Positions 50,629 through 60,321 of a DNA stretch of 64,000 bases are shown here, in pieces. The DNA comes from Cenarchaeum sp. Lineage in GTDB: Archaea > Thermoproteota > Nitrososphaeria > Nitrososphaerales > Nitrosopumilaceae. Where the stretch lies: positions 576,001-640,000 of the forward strand of contig OY843768.1 in the NCBI GenBank assembly GCA_963693095.2, given 5' to 3'. Numbering within the stretch: the first letter of the stretch is position 1; the number at the start of each line of letters is the position of its first letter. The notes below the pieces were generated by a model. It was given only the letters and a program-made list of their open reading frames with translations, had not been told where the DNA came from and ran no database searches. The translations under genes and the position numbers were made by a program.

Positions 50629-51926
50629 TTGTCCACGGTCTCTGAGACGAGCACACCGCTACTGGAGCTGATGGCCCGAACGCGCGCCGAGACGATGTCA
50701 CTCGTCTCCACGCTTGAGCCTGATGACCATGTCGTCCAGACTGCGCCGTACACGAGTCCGCCAAAGTGGCACGTGGGGCATGTCAGCTGGGTGTTTGAGA
50801 TGGTCATTCGCAAGCTCGATACATCCTATGCGCCAACGCCGATGGCCGAGTCGCCATACCTCAACTCGTACTATCGGCAGGCCGGCAGCCCGCACCCAAA
50901 GGCCGAGCGTGGCGCAGTCTCACGACCCACGGCACGCGAGCTGCTTGACTATCATGGCGAGGTGACGCGCCGGCTGGGCGATGCCATGCGCCACTGCAAA
51001 GGCGCAGCCGAGGCGCAACGCCTCCTCGCAATGGCTATCCACCACGAGTGCCAGCACCAGGAGCTCATGGTGTACGACCTACAGCACATGCTCGCCTCGG
51101 CATACGAGCCGGCATCGCGAACCGGCCCGCCGGCGCCTGCACTGCATGAGCGCCCGCGCAGCGTGCGCATCGGCGGAGGCACGCGGCGCGTTGGCCACGA
51201 CGGGCGCGGATACTCGTATGACATTGAGATGCTGCGCACACGGTTCACCTTGATGACTATGAGATTGATGTCTTTCCGGTGACGTGCGGGGAGTATGCCG
51301 AATTTATCGATGACGGGGGCTATTCGGACTATCGCCACTGGCTCTCTGACGGATGGGACGCGGTGTGCGAGAACTCGTGGAAGGCGCCAATGTACTGGGA
51401 GCGCGACGGGGACTCGTGGACTGTCCATGACTTTGCCGGAAGGCGCGTGATCGACGCAGACGAGCCGGTCTGCTGCGTGAGCTATTACGAGGCCGACGCG
51501 TACTGCCGATGGGCCGGCAGGAGGCTCCCGACTGAGTTTGAGTGGGAGGTCGCCGCCTGCCATGATGACGATGGCCGCGCCATGGCGTTTCCGTGGGGAG
51601 ACTCGCCGCCTGATGCGACGCGCGCAAACCTCCTCGAGTCGCGCCTCTGGAGGCGCGCGAGGGTCGGCTCGTATCCGGCCGGCGCGAGCCCGTCCGGATG
51701 CGAGCAGATGATCGGCGATGTCTGGGAATGGACGAGCTCCGAGTTTGCGCCATATCCGGGATTCCAGTCTGGATTTGACGAGTACAACGACAAGTGGTTT
51801 GGGGGCCAAAAGGTCCTGCGCGGCGGCTCGTCGGCGACGCCGGCGGCCTCGATCCGCCCCACATACCGCAACTTTTTCCGGCCCCATGAGCGCTGGATGT
51901 TTGCGGGATTTCGCTGCGCGAGCTAG
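50629..51926 (+). pseudogene. egtB: Ergothioneine biosynthesis sulfoxide synthase EgtB, split by a 1-nt frameshift at ~51232 (pseudogene or sequence error)
   Basis: SPPKWHVGH and HHECQHQEL (DinB-like metal site) in frame 1. FGE-sulfatase domain ([35 protein letters not shown]) in frame 3. Confidence 0.85.
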
Positions 51927-52936
51927 CGCGAGCAGAGAACTAGCGCATAGCGGCGCGCCGAGTCATTCCATGTGCGCCTCACGCGCAGGCCGGCTCCGGC
52001 GAGCATGCCGGTGATCCCCTCTGGCGTGTACTTGTGCGAGTATTCGGTGAGGACAAGCTCCCCACGGCGCAGGCTTACGCGCTTGCCGCACACCTCTATA
52101 TCCTGCATCTCTAGTGAGCGCAGGTACATCTCTATCCTGCGCTCATCTGCATTGTACACGACATGGTGCTCGAACTTTGAGACGTCGATGCTGCCGCCGA
52201 GCTCCGAGTTTATGCGGTGGAGGAGGTTTAGGTTGAACTCTGCGGTGACTCCAGAGGCGTCATCATATGCGGGCACGAGGGCCGACTCGGGCTTGTCGAG
52301 GTCGACTCCGATGAGCAGCATGTCATCATCGCCCATCACCGAGGCGATAGTGCCAAGAAACGAGCGCGCCTCGTCATCGGCAAGGTTGCCTATGCTCGAT
52401 CCGAGAAACGCGATCAGTGCGGGCGTGTCGCCGGAGTCGTGCGCTAGGCGCAGGCCATTCTCGTACGTGTCCTCCACGCCGACTATGCGAAGCCACGCGT
52501 ACGCGTCAAGGAGGCCGCGCGAGCTGGACTCTAGCGTGCGCGAGACGTCTATTGGCGAGTACACGACGTCGCCCTGCGCCTCGTTCATCCTCTCTAGGAT
52601 TATCCTCGTCTTTGTCGACGAGCCGCTTCCGAGCTCTATCAGGCGGCAGCGCGGCGGCAGCATTGATGCAAGCTCGCCGCCGGCGCACTCGAGTATCTCA
52701 GTCTCGGCGCGCGTGAGATAGTACTCGGGCAGCGCGCATATCCTCTCAAATATCTCCGAGCCGCGCTCATCATACAGGAACCTCGCGTCTAGCCTCTTTT
52801 CCTGCCCGCACAGGCCCCGCCTCGCGCAGTCGCCAAAGTCCGCAGCAGCGCCTCCATTCTGCGGCACATAGTACTCGAGCCGGGGGGACGGACTGCGCCT
52901 CTCGTATGCCGTGCTGTGGCCTGTCTCTGTATTCGT
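51923..52936 (-). CDS. egtD: L-histidine N(alpha)-methyltransferase EgtD (start uncertain: ACG 52936 or GTG 52867)
   Basis: [67 protein letters not shown]. Confidence 0.9.
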   Translation of the reverse strand, partial: TNTETGHSTAYERRSPSPRLEYYVPQNGGAAADFGDCARRGLCGQEKRLDARFLYDERGSEIFERICALPEYYLTRAETEILECAGGELASMLPPRCRLIELGSGSSTKTRIILERMNEAQGDVVYSPIDVSRTLESSSRGLLDAYAWLRIVGVEDTYENGLRLAHDSGDTPALIAFLGSSIGNLADDEARSFLGTIASVMGDDDMLLIGVDLDKPESALVPAYDDASGVTAEFNLNLLHRINSELGGSIDVSKFEHHVVYNADERRIEMYLRSLEMQDIEVCGKRVSLRRGELVLTEYSHKYTPEGITGMLAGAGLRVRRTWNDSARRYALVLCSR

Positions 52937-52953
52937 GCGCGCCGCGCGCGGAG

Positions 52954-52965
52954 ATTTACATAAAT
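52954..52965. promoter_or_regulatory. Bidirectional TATA-like element between egtD and the ABC ATPase
   Basis: Near-palindromic ATTTACATAAAT, roughly 20-30 nt from both divergent starts. Confidence 0.55.
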
Positions 52966-52988
52966 GCCTATTGCAACGGCGCCGACCC

Positions 52989-53942
52989 ATGGTCGGCGAA
53001 CCGCTGCTGCGCATGAGCGGGGTCTCAAAGTCGTTTCTCGGCGCGCGTGGGGGCACCGTGGACGCGGTCCGCGACGTCTCCGTTGAGGTCTCGCGCGGCG
53101 AGATACTCGTGCTAGCCGGCGAGTCCGGCTCGGGCAAGTCGACGCTAGCGAGGCTGATTCTTGGGGCCGAGAGGCGCGACTCGGGAAGCATGACGTTTGC
53201 GGGCCGCGAGATCGGCCATGGTGCGGCTGACATGTCATACGTGCGAAGGCGCTGCTCGTTCGTCCAGCAGGATCCGTACGACTCGCTAAACCCGCGCATG
53301 GCACTCGACGAGATAGTCGCCGAGCCGCTTGAGGCGCACAAGATCGGCAGTGGCCGCGAGAGGCGCGCGATCGCCACATCGGCCCTAGCGTCCGTTGGAC
53401 TAGAGCCGGCCGCCGAGTTTGCCGCGCGCCTTCCGCACGAGCTCTCCGGCGGGCAGCGCCAGCGCGTGGCCATAGCGCGTGCGCTGTCCACAAAGCCTGA
53501 CCTGATAGTGGCCGACGAGCCCGTCTCCATGCTTGACGTGTCAGTGCGGGCCGAGGTTCTCGGACTGATGCGCGAGCTGCGCGACTCGCGCGGCGTGGCG
53601 TTTGTCTATATCACGCATGACCTGGCGACTGCGCGCCACCTTGGGGACACGCTGGCACTCATGTATCACGGGCGCATAGTTGAGCACGGGCCAGTAACGC
53701 GCGTTCTCCAACGCCCGCGCCATCCGTACACGCAGGCGCTCATCGATGCGCTTCCTTCCGCTGAGCGCCGCGGGCGAATGGACACGCCCGTCATGGCCTG
53801 CGGTGCTGCGTCTAGTGGGTGCGCGTTTCGCCCCCAGTGCGCACATGCCATAGACGAGTGCAAGAGCGTGCCGACTCTTCAAAGGCGCAACGGCGAGTGG
53901 GATGTCGCGTGCTTTGCGCCCCTGGATCGCGTGGACGGCTAG
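52989..53942 (+). CDS. Oligopeptide/dipeptide ABC transporter ATP-binding protein (OppF/DppF-like)
   Basis: GESGSGKST, QDPYDSLNPR, PHELSGGQRQR, ADEPVSMLD, HPYTQAL, C-terminal Cys cluster GCAFRPQC...C...C. Confidence 0.93.
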   Translation: MVGEPLLRMSGVSKSFLGARGGTVDAVRDVSVEVSRGEILVLAGESGSGKSTLARLILGAERRDSGSMTFAGREIGHGAADMSYVRRRCSFVQQDPYDSLNPRMALDEIVAEPLEAHKIGSGRERRAIATSALASVGLEPAAEFAARLPHELSGGQRQRVAIARALSTKPDLIVADEPVSMLDVSVRAEVLGLMRELRDSRGVAFVYITHDLATARHLGDTLALMYHGRIVEHGPVTRVLQRPRHPYTQALIDALPSAERRGRMDTPVMACGAASSGCAFRPQCAHAIDECKSVPTLQRRNGEWDVACFAPLDRVDG

Positions 53943-56900
53943 GCCGCAACACGCTGCGCGTGGCGATCCTTGTACACCACCACGTGCGAGACGCCGTTCT
54001 TGGGATAGACGCCGTATATGAGACCGGCCCTCTTTACTACAGAGTCCTTGAGCGAGACGGCGATAAACTGGCTCTCGTCTGCGCGCTCGGCAAGTATCTT
54101 TGAGAGCCTCTCGGAGTTTGGCGTGTCAAGGTGCGCATCGACCTCGTCGAACAGGTAAAACGGCGAGGGCTTTAGCTTTTGCAGCGCGAGGACGAACACT
54201 ATGGCGGCCAGTGACTTTTCCCCGCCGCTTATGGACGCCGAGTCGCGCTTTGGCTTGTTTGGGAACTGTATGATATACGATATGCCCGAATTGAATATGT
54301 CATCCTCGTTTTGCAGCTCTATCCACGCGTTGCCGCCGGTCATCTTTTCAAATGTCTTGCGTATCTCGCCTTCCACGGTGTCAAACGCGTCAAGGAATGT
54401 CTGGCGCTTTTCCTTCTCGACACCCTCGATAAAGCTCACAATGCCGTTCCTCTCGGCCTCGAGCGAGTTCTTTTTGGCCGACGTCTCGCGGTATCCGCCT
54501 GACACCTCGATGTACTTTGCGGGCGCGCCGGCATTGAGGCTGGTCATCAGGTCAAGCTCCGCCCGCAGTGCGCGCAAGAGCGGCGCGACATCAATGTCGC
54601 CGGCGTCAGCATCCACGCTGTGCGCTGCGCACACCCTGCGCAGCGATGTCTCACTTGATGCCAGGTCGTCTAGGTCACGCCGCAGCGCGTCCTCCTGCCG
54701 CTGCGCCGATCCAATGTCCCTGCCGATCGAGCGCTCGCGCTCGCGCATCTTGCCGAGCCTTGCGTCATACTCGGACAGTTGCGAGACGGATGCGCCAGTG
54801 GTTGATATGAGCTCCTGCTCGCGCTCGCGCATCCTCACCACCCTGGCCTCGCGCTCTGACGCGTGCGACTGGAGCTCGGACACCCGCGCCTCAATGTCAG
54901 ACTGCTCGGCGACCAGCTCGGAGCGTTCGGCCTCTAGGCGCTCGATCGTCATGTCTGAGCGCTCCACCGAAGACTCGGCGGCAGTCAGCCTTGATGAGAC
55001 CTCGCGCTCCTCGGCGAGCGCGAGCCTGTCCTCGTTCTCGAGCTCTGCCTTTTTCTCGCCGAGGCGCGTGACCTCGCCGGCTATTGCGTCATGGCCATCA
55101 CCGCGCTCTGACCTTATTGCCGATATCTTTGCGTCAAGCTCCTTCACTGCGGGCTCTAGGCGAGCGACTTCGCCCTCGGCATACTCGCGCCTCTGCGCAA
55201 GCCTTGCGTTCTGCTCGTCAAGCCGACTGACAACGCGCCTTGCGCCACCAATCTTTGCCACAAGGTCATCGTGCGTGCTCTTTGATGTCGCAATGCCTGA
55301 CTCGTGCGTCGCAAGCCTTGTGCGCGCGTGCTGCATGGCTCCCTCCATGCGCAACTGCATTGCCCTCTTTTTTTCAGCATAGCGCTTTATCATGCCTATT
55401 GACTGGAGCAGCCCGTCAACGGTGGCGCCCATTGATATTCGCTTTGTCAGGTCAGTTATCCTCGAGCCCGCATCCATGATAGAGGCCGAGGCGCCGGGCT
55501 CAAAGAGCTCCCCGTCAAGCGTGACTGCCCTGTGGCCCGCTGCTGCTAGCCTGCGCGCTGCCTCCCCCGAGCCCGCAATCGCGACGTCCCCAAAGAGAAA
55601 CGCCACGATCGCCGCATGGCGGCGATCGCACCTAATGTGCTCGGCGAGGAGCCCGTCTGAGCCCTCGGGGGCCACGGGTCTTGATCGCGGTATGCCCCCT
55701 AGCGCGATCACCTTTAGGCGCGGCATGCCCTGGGAGCGCGCATACTCGGTGATGCCGACCATGGTGTCAATGTCCCTTGTGACTATGGCCTTGAGCCACT
55801 CCGAGCCTGCCGCAAGCACTGCGCGCTCGTACGCAGGATCCCAGGAGACCATCTCGTATGCGACTCCCTCGATCCCAATCTCGCCGGCATTCTCCCTGAG
55901 TCGCGACACCGAATAGTCCTCGTGCATTATGCCCTTTATGATCTTCATCTTTGCCCTGTACCGCGTTGCTGCCCTCTCGGACTTTGCGACTATGGTGCCA
56001 AGCTCCTCAATGTCCTGCGCGATTTGGGACTTTTTGGACTCTAGTGCCCCAATTCGCTCGCGCATGTCTGCGTGCGACCTAGTGTGGTATGCTATCACGC
56101 GCCGAAGTCGCGAGTCTATGGACTCGAGCCTTGCAATGTCCTCGGCGATTGCCTTGCGCCTTGACGCGTTGGCCGATGATCTCGTGTCAATCTCGCCCAT
56201 CTCCCTCTTTAGGTTTGATGCAGAGAGCGCGCCGGCATCGCGCGTGCTGGCAGCCTCCTTTGCCCTGCGCTCCGAATCCGCTGCGCGCTCTGAAATCTCG
56301 GCGTGTCGCTGCAGCGCCTCGGCTAGTGCTGCGCCGCTCTCCTCTAGCCTGCCGCCGATTCCACTCCTCCTCTCGCCAACTGTGTCAAGGGTCTTGCGCA
56401 GCGCATCGGTGTTCAGGACGGCCTCGCCCCGTTCCGCAGATGCTGACTTTACCTCTGTGTCGATCGCCGGAAGCCTCGCGCGTATGTGCGCAGCGCGGCG
56501 CTCGGCCACTGCCACGGTGCCCTTTGCCTCCTCGACCATTCGGTACGCCTCGGCTAGCTCTGTGTCGACCTCTGCCCTTGCGCGGCTGTGAGCGTCGGCC
56601 TTTGCGGCAAACTCGGCCTTTTCTGCCTCGAGTGCGGCCATCTCTGCGGACAGGGCCGTGTCCTCCTCGCGTTTCACGCGTATGCGCTCGGCAATGAGCC
56701 TGGCCTCCTCGCCCTTTGCGGCCCTCTCTGCCACAACGCCCCTGAGGCGCGCTGCGGCATCTATGGCGTTGAGGCGTGATATCTCGGCCTCTAGTGCGCC
56801 ATGGCGCAAGAACGCGTTGCGCTCGGCCTCTAGGTCATCGATGTACTTTTTGACCTCGCCCATCTTTGTCAGCGCGATCTCGAGCCGGTGGTCGGCATCA

Positions 56901-57451
56901 CTGAGCTGCTTTTGCGCCTCTTGCTTTTTCTCATCAAAGTACGACAGGCCGACGAGATCCTCGATCGCCTTTCGCTTCTCCTCGGGGGTAAACTCGGATA
57001 TCTTGGTCACGGTTCCCTGCTGGAGCGCATTGAGCTGGTTGAGGCCCGCATTTGCCATGTCGAGGAGGTCGAGCACGTGGCCGCGCTGCGACTTTTTCTT
57101 GTTCACATAGTATGTGTTGTCCCCCGAGCTGTCCATCTCGCGCGTTATCTCCACAGAGTCAGAATTGATGGGTATCTTGCGATCCGAGTTGTCAAAGACG
57201 ATGCTCGACCTGGCTATCCTCGGACCCCTGCGCTGGCCGTCAATGTCATGTATGAGTGATCGCAGCTTGTCGACCCTCATCATTCTCGGCTTGTTCTCAC
57301 CCATGGCAAATATGATCGCATCTAGTATGTTGCTCTTGCCGCTTCCGTTGGGGCCGGATATTGACACGAGGCCTGGCCTAAAGTCGACTGCCGTGGTTCT
57401 AAACCCAAACGACTTGAAGCCAAAGATCTCCACCCTCTTTATGTGAACCAC
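53939..57451 (-). CDS. smc: Chromosome segregation protein SMC
   Basis: GFKSF, GPNGSGKSN, long coiled coils with central hinge (VTLDGELFE), SGGEKS, FYLFDEVDAHLD. 1170 aa. Confidence 0.97.
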   Translation of the reverse strand: MVHIKRVEIFGFKSFGFRTTAVDFRPGLVSISGPNGSGKSNILDAIIFAMGENKPRMMRVDKLRSLIHDIDGQRRGPRIARSSIVFDNSDRKIPINSDSVEITREMDSSGDNTYYVNKKKSQRGHVLDLLDMANAGLNQLNALQQGTVTKISEFTPEEKRKAIEDLVGLSYFDEKKQEAQKQLSDADHRLEIALTKMGEVKKYIDDLEAERNAFLRHGALEAEISRLNAIDAAARLRGVVAERAAKGEEARLIAERIRVKREEDTALSAEMAALEAEKAEFAAKADAHSRARAEVDTELAEAYRMVEEAKGTVAVAERRAAHIRARLPAIDTEVKSASAERGEAVLNTDALRKTLDTVGERRSGIGGRLEESGAALAEALQRHAEISERAADSERRAKEAASTRDAGALSASNLKREMGEIDTRSSANASRRKAIAEDIARLESIDSRLRRVIAYHTRSHADMRERIGALESKKSQIAQDIEELGTIVAKSERAATRYRAKMKIIKGIMHEDYSVSRLRENAGEIGIEGVAYEMVSWDPAYERAVLAAGSEWLKAIVTRDIDTMVGITEYARSQGMPRLKVIALGGIPRSRPVAPEGSDGLLAEHIRCDRRHAAIVAFLFGDVAIAGSGEAARRLAAAGHRAVTLDGELFEPGASASIMDAGSRITDLTKRISMGATVDGLLQSIGMIKRYAEKKRAMQLRMEGAMQHARTRLATHESGIATSKSTHDDLVAKIGGARRVVSRLDEQNARLAQRREYAEGEVARLEPAVKELDAKISAIRSERGDGHDAIAGEVTRLGEKKAELENEDRLALAEEREVSSRLTAAESSVERSDMTIERLEAERSELVAEQSDIEARVSELQSHASEREARVVRMREREQELISTTGASVSQLSEYDARLGKMRERERSIGRDIGSAQRQEDALRRDLDDLASSETSLRRVCAAHSVDADAGDIDVAPLLRALRAELDLMTSLNAGAPAKYIEVSGGYRETSAKKNSLEAERNGIVSFIEGVEKEKRQTFLDAFDTVEGEIRKTFEKMTGGNAWIELQNEDDIFNSGISYIIQFPNKPKRDSASISGGEKSLAAIVFVLALQKLKPSPFYLFDEVDAHLDTPNSERLSKILAERADESQFIAVSLKDSVVKRAGLIYGVYPKNGVSHVVVYKDRHAQRVAA

Positions 57452-57543
57452 GCCGCACCCGCGCCTAGTGCCTAGCTCAATATTGCTTTATTGACAACAT
57501 TAGCTGACAAAACCCGTAATGGCGCGCACCACACGCCGTGGCG

Positions 57544-57864
57544 CTAGCTACCCTCTTCCTCGGCGATCTTTGCGGTGATCGACGCGATCTCGCCGAGAAT
57601 CTCCTTTCTGGCCGCCGCGTCGCCCTCTGCAGAAAGGCGCCCAGTGAGCTCCACTAGCCTCGCCTCCAGCTCGCCGCGCCGCGGCGCATCAGCACCCTCG
57701 CCGGGGGCCTTTCTCGAGGCGTCTGGCTCGCTTTGGCACGATGAGCAGAACGCGTGGCCTCCCTTCATGACACGCACGCCCTTGCAGTATGGGCACGGCT
57801 CGCTGACCATCCTGGCCCCCCCGAGGAGCATCTCGGCGGCCTTTTTGACGGCGTCATCGGCCAT
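57544..57864 (-). CDS. Sjogren's syndrome/scleroderma autoantigen 1 (Auto_anti-p27) family Zn-ribbon protein
   Basis: KKAAEMLLGGARMVSEPCPYC...AFCSSC followed by a helical tail. Confidence 0.8.
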   Translation of the reverse strand: MADDAVKKAAEMLLGGARMVSEPCPYCKGVRVMKGGHAFCSSCQSEPDASRKAPGEGADAPRRGELEARLVELTGRLSAEGDAAARKEILGEIASITAKIAEEEGS

Positions 57865-57976
57865 GTCGATCCGGCAGGCTGGCTGGCTTAAAAGCTCGAC
57901 GCCAATCTTGATCGCAGTAGGCGCGGGCATCCCAACAAGGCTTAATAGTGCGCACGTCTCCCATGTTCTCGTACGC

Positions 57977-58285
57977 ATGGCAGTGATCTGTAGCACGTGT
58001 GGACTCCCTGAGGATCTTTGTGCGTGCGGCGAGCTCGCCAAGGACAGCGCAAAGATTATCGTCAGGCTTGAGACGCGCAGGTTCAAGAAAAAGGGCACAA
58101 TGATAGAGGGTCTTGACCCAAAGATGGGAAACCTCGAGGGCGTTGCCCGTGAGCTAAAGGCAAAGTACGCGTGTGGCGGAACCGCAAAGGAGGGCTATGT
58201 GTTTCTGCAGGGCGACCACAGGGACACGATCAAGGAGGCGCTCGTGGGCCTCGGGTTTACCGAGTCGGCCATCGAGCTGCACTAG
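57977..58285 (+). CDS. sui1: Translation initiation factor SUI1/aIF1
   Basis: CSTCGLPEDLCAC, ETRRFKKKGTMIEG, LKAKYACGGTAKEG..LQGDH. Confidence 0.95.
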   Translation: MAVICSTCGLPEDLCACGELAKDSAKIIVRLETRRFKKKGTMIEGLDPKMGNLEGVARELKAKYACGGTAKEGYVFLQGDHRDTIKEALVGLGFTESAIELH

Positions 58286-58302
58286 GGGAAGGGTATCCTG
58301 GC

Positions 58303-59256
58303 ATGCGGCGCCCTGCGCTGCGCGCGCTTGGCCCGCCACATGCGGCGCTCTCATCGGCACTCGTTGCCCTCATGCTCGCCTCGCTGCCAATGGGCGCGTA
58401 TGTCATGTTCAGCTCTGCAGACCTTGATGGCGAGCTTGACGGCGTAGAGTTTACGCTTGGCGGCCTTCGCGTGTCCCTGCCCGTCGGCCCGACTGTCGGA
58501 TATGCCCTAGCCGCCCTGTGGTGCGTGTATGCGGCAATGCTGGGCATCGCCCTCGTCGGCCCGCGCATTGGGTTTGCCCGTGCCATCATGCGCATTGCCG
58601 CCGGCCAGGACAACGGCGCATGGCTTCACACAAGCGCAATGGCCGCAGTGGCAAGCTGGTTTGCGGTTCTCATACTGGTGTCTGCTGCCATCAACGCAGT
58701 GCAGTCTAGCCAGGGAATAGAGATAGAGCCGCCCGAGTACGGCAACGACCTCTTGCGCCTGTATGACGCCACGCGCGCGCCGATAGCCGAGGAGGTTGGG
58801 TTTCGCATGTTGCTCATCGGCGTGCCGCTTGCGGTGATCTGCATGAGGCACATGCCTGTCACGCGCGCACTGCGATCGCTCCTGCACCCATACGCGTCAC
58901 TAGACGGGCGCGGCTCTAGAATTGCAGTCGCACTTGTGATTGGAGTCGCAGTCCTCTTTGGCGTGCTTCACGTTGTTGGTGATGGCACATGGAGCGCAGG
59001 CAAGGCGACGCAGGCCGCCGCTGCCGGAGTCATATTAGGATGGGTCTATTACCGCCACGGCCTGCTCGTCGCCATACTTGTACACTGGGCAGCCAACTAT
59101 TTTGTACTTGCGTTCCTCTACTTTGTGTCATCCTCTCCGGGAGACATTGCCGCTGTCTCCTCACACCCTGCGGCAATTGCCCTTGAGGTGCTCCTCATCG
59201 CCTCAGGGGCCGTTGCCATTGCCGCGATTGCCCTTGGACGAGGCCGCCGCCTCTAG
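58303..59256 (+). CDS. CPBP (Abi/CAAX) intramembrane metalloprotease
   Basis: Multiple hydrophobic helices, motifs APIAEEVGFR, LFGVLH, HWAAN. Confidence 0.85.
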   Translation: MRRPALRALGPPHAALSSALVALMLASLPMGAYVMFSSADLDGELDGVEFTLGGLRVSLPVGPTVGYALAALWCVYAAMLGIALVGPRIGFARAIMRIAAGQDNGAWLHTSAMAAVASWFAVLILVSAAINAVQSSQGIEIEPPEYGNDLLRLYDATRAPIAEEVGFRMLLIGVPLAVICMRHMPVTRALRSLLHPYASLDGRGSRIAVALVIGVAVLFGVLHVVGDGTWSAGKATQAAAAGVILGWVYYRHGLLVAILVHWAANYFVLAFLYFVSSSPGDIAAVSSHPAAIALEVLLIASGAVAIAAIALGRGRRL

Positions 59257-60000
59257 CCGATCAATCTCGTGCTTTAGGCCCTTGTACCTGTTCCTGATGG
59301 TCACCTCGGTGACATAGGCTGCGCGCGCAATGTTCTTTTGCGTCTCGTGCTCGCGCAGCCTGGTGCATGCGAGGTATAGTGCGGCTGCCGCAAGTCCCAT
59401 TGGATCCTTTCCTGCCGAGATGCCGCCTGCCTTGCTCTTTTTGAGCAGCATTGCGGCCTCTTTGCGAACGGCCTTTGTGAGTCCGGCGTTGTCCGATATG
59501 CGCTCTATGCACTCTGTTGCGTCAACGACGGGCATTGTGATGTCCAGCTCGCGCAGCATGAGCCTATAGCAGCGCGATATGTCCTTTCTTGTCGTGTTGC
59601 ATGCCTGCTGTATGTCCTTTAGCGTGACCTGCGCGCCGCATGCGCGACATGCCGCATAGAACGCCGAGGCTGTCAGCGCGGCTATCGAGCGGCCGCGCAC
59701 CAGGCTCTTCTCTATTGACATGCGGTATATCTCGTGTGCCTTCTCCATGACGTCATCTTCCACCTGCAGCGTGTCCCTCAGCGCCTCTAGCTCAATCTCG
59801 GCCTGCCGGTAGTTTCGCTCAAGTGATCGCGGCGATCCGCCCGTGGTGCCATAGTTTACGCTATTGCGCGCCTTTGCCGGCCTTGCGCGCGCTGCCTTGC
59901 CGCCCCTGCCCTTGGGGCTGGCCTTGCCCTTCGAGGCAGCCTTGCTGACCCTGGCCTTGGGGGCGTCCTTGTCTGTCTTGCCCCTGCCTGCGCCTTTCAT
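59203..60000 (-). CDS. tfb: TFB paralog lacking the Zn ribbon, with Lys/Arg/Ala-rich N-terminus
   Basis: Cyclin repeats intact (LVRGRSI, GKDPMGLAAAALY, TQKNIA, VTEVTIRNRYK). No CxxC pairs upstream in frame. TTTTTAAG box (60026-60033, minus strand) fits ATG 60000. Confidence 0.85.
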   Translation of the reverse strand: MKGAGRGKTDKDAPKARVSKAASKGKASPKGRGGKAARARPAKARNSVNYGTTGGSPRSLERNYRQAEIELEALRDTLQVEDDVMEKAHEIYRMSIEKSLVRGRSIAALTASAFYAACRACGAQVTLKDIQQACNTTRKDISRCYRLMLRELDITMPVVDATECIERISDNAGLTKAVRKEAAMLLKKSKAGGISAGKDPMGLAAAALYLACTRLREHETQKNIARAAYVTEVTIRNRYKGLKHEIDRLEAAASSKGNRGNGNGP

Positions 60001-60149
60001 GACGGTCAGCAGGTTCATGTCATGACTTAAAAATCTGCTCATCAATCTGGCCCATGAAATGGCGTCAAAGCGCGACCTCGTGGCCACGCCTGTGCGTGCG
60101 CAGCGATCACTCAATAGGTTTTTAAGATAAAACTAGCGCGTGCGCCCTC

Positions 60150-60314
60150 GTGAGCAAGAACAAGGGCGCACCGCTGCCGGCCTCTAGTGCCGGACTCCTG
60201 CGCTTCTTTGAGGACGAGACAAAGGGCTTCAAGGTGGACCCAAAGATCGTCGTCTCCATGCCGATAAGCCTAATCGTCGCGTCGTGGCTGATCGACATAT
60301 TCCTTACCCCGTGA
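60150..60314 (+). CDS. secG: Preprotein translocase subunit Sec61beta (absent from ORF track, 54 aa)
   Basis: GTG start. MSKNKGAPLPASSAGLLRFFEDETKGFKVDPKIVVSMPISLIVASWLIDIFLTP has the AGL.RFF...K.DP motif plus one TM helix. Confidence 0.92.
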   Translation: MSKNKGAPLPASSAGLLRFFEDETKGFKVDPKIVVSMPISLIVASWLIDIFLTP

Positions 60315-60321
60315 TGGGACA

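Noticed and set aside
52937-53530. Long N-terminal extension of EgtD in the ORF track (535 aa)
   Set aside because: It is the antisense shadow of the ABC ATPase. Similar false extensions affect the tracked ORFs for sui1, tsr3, egtB, nadK and srp19.
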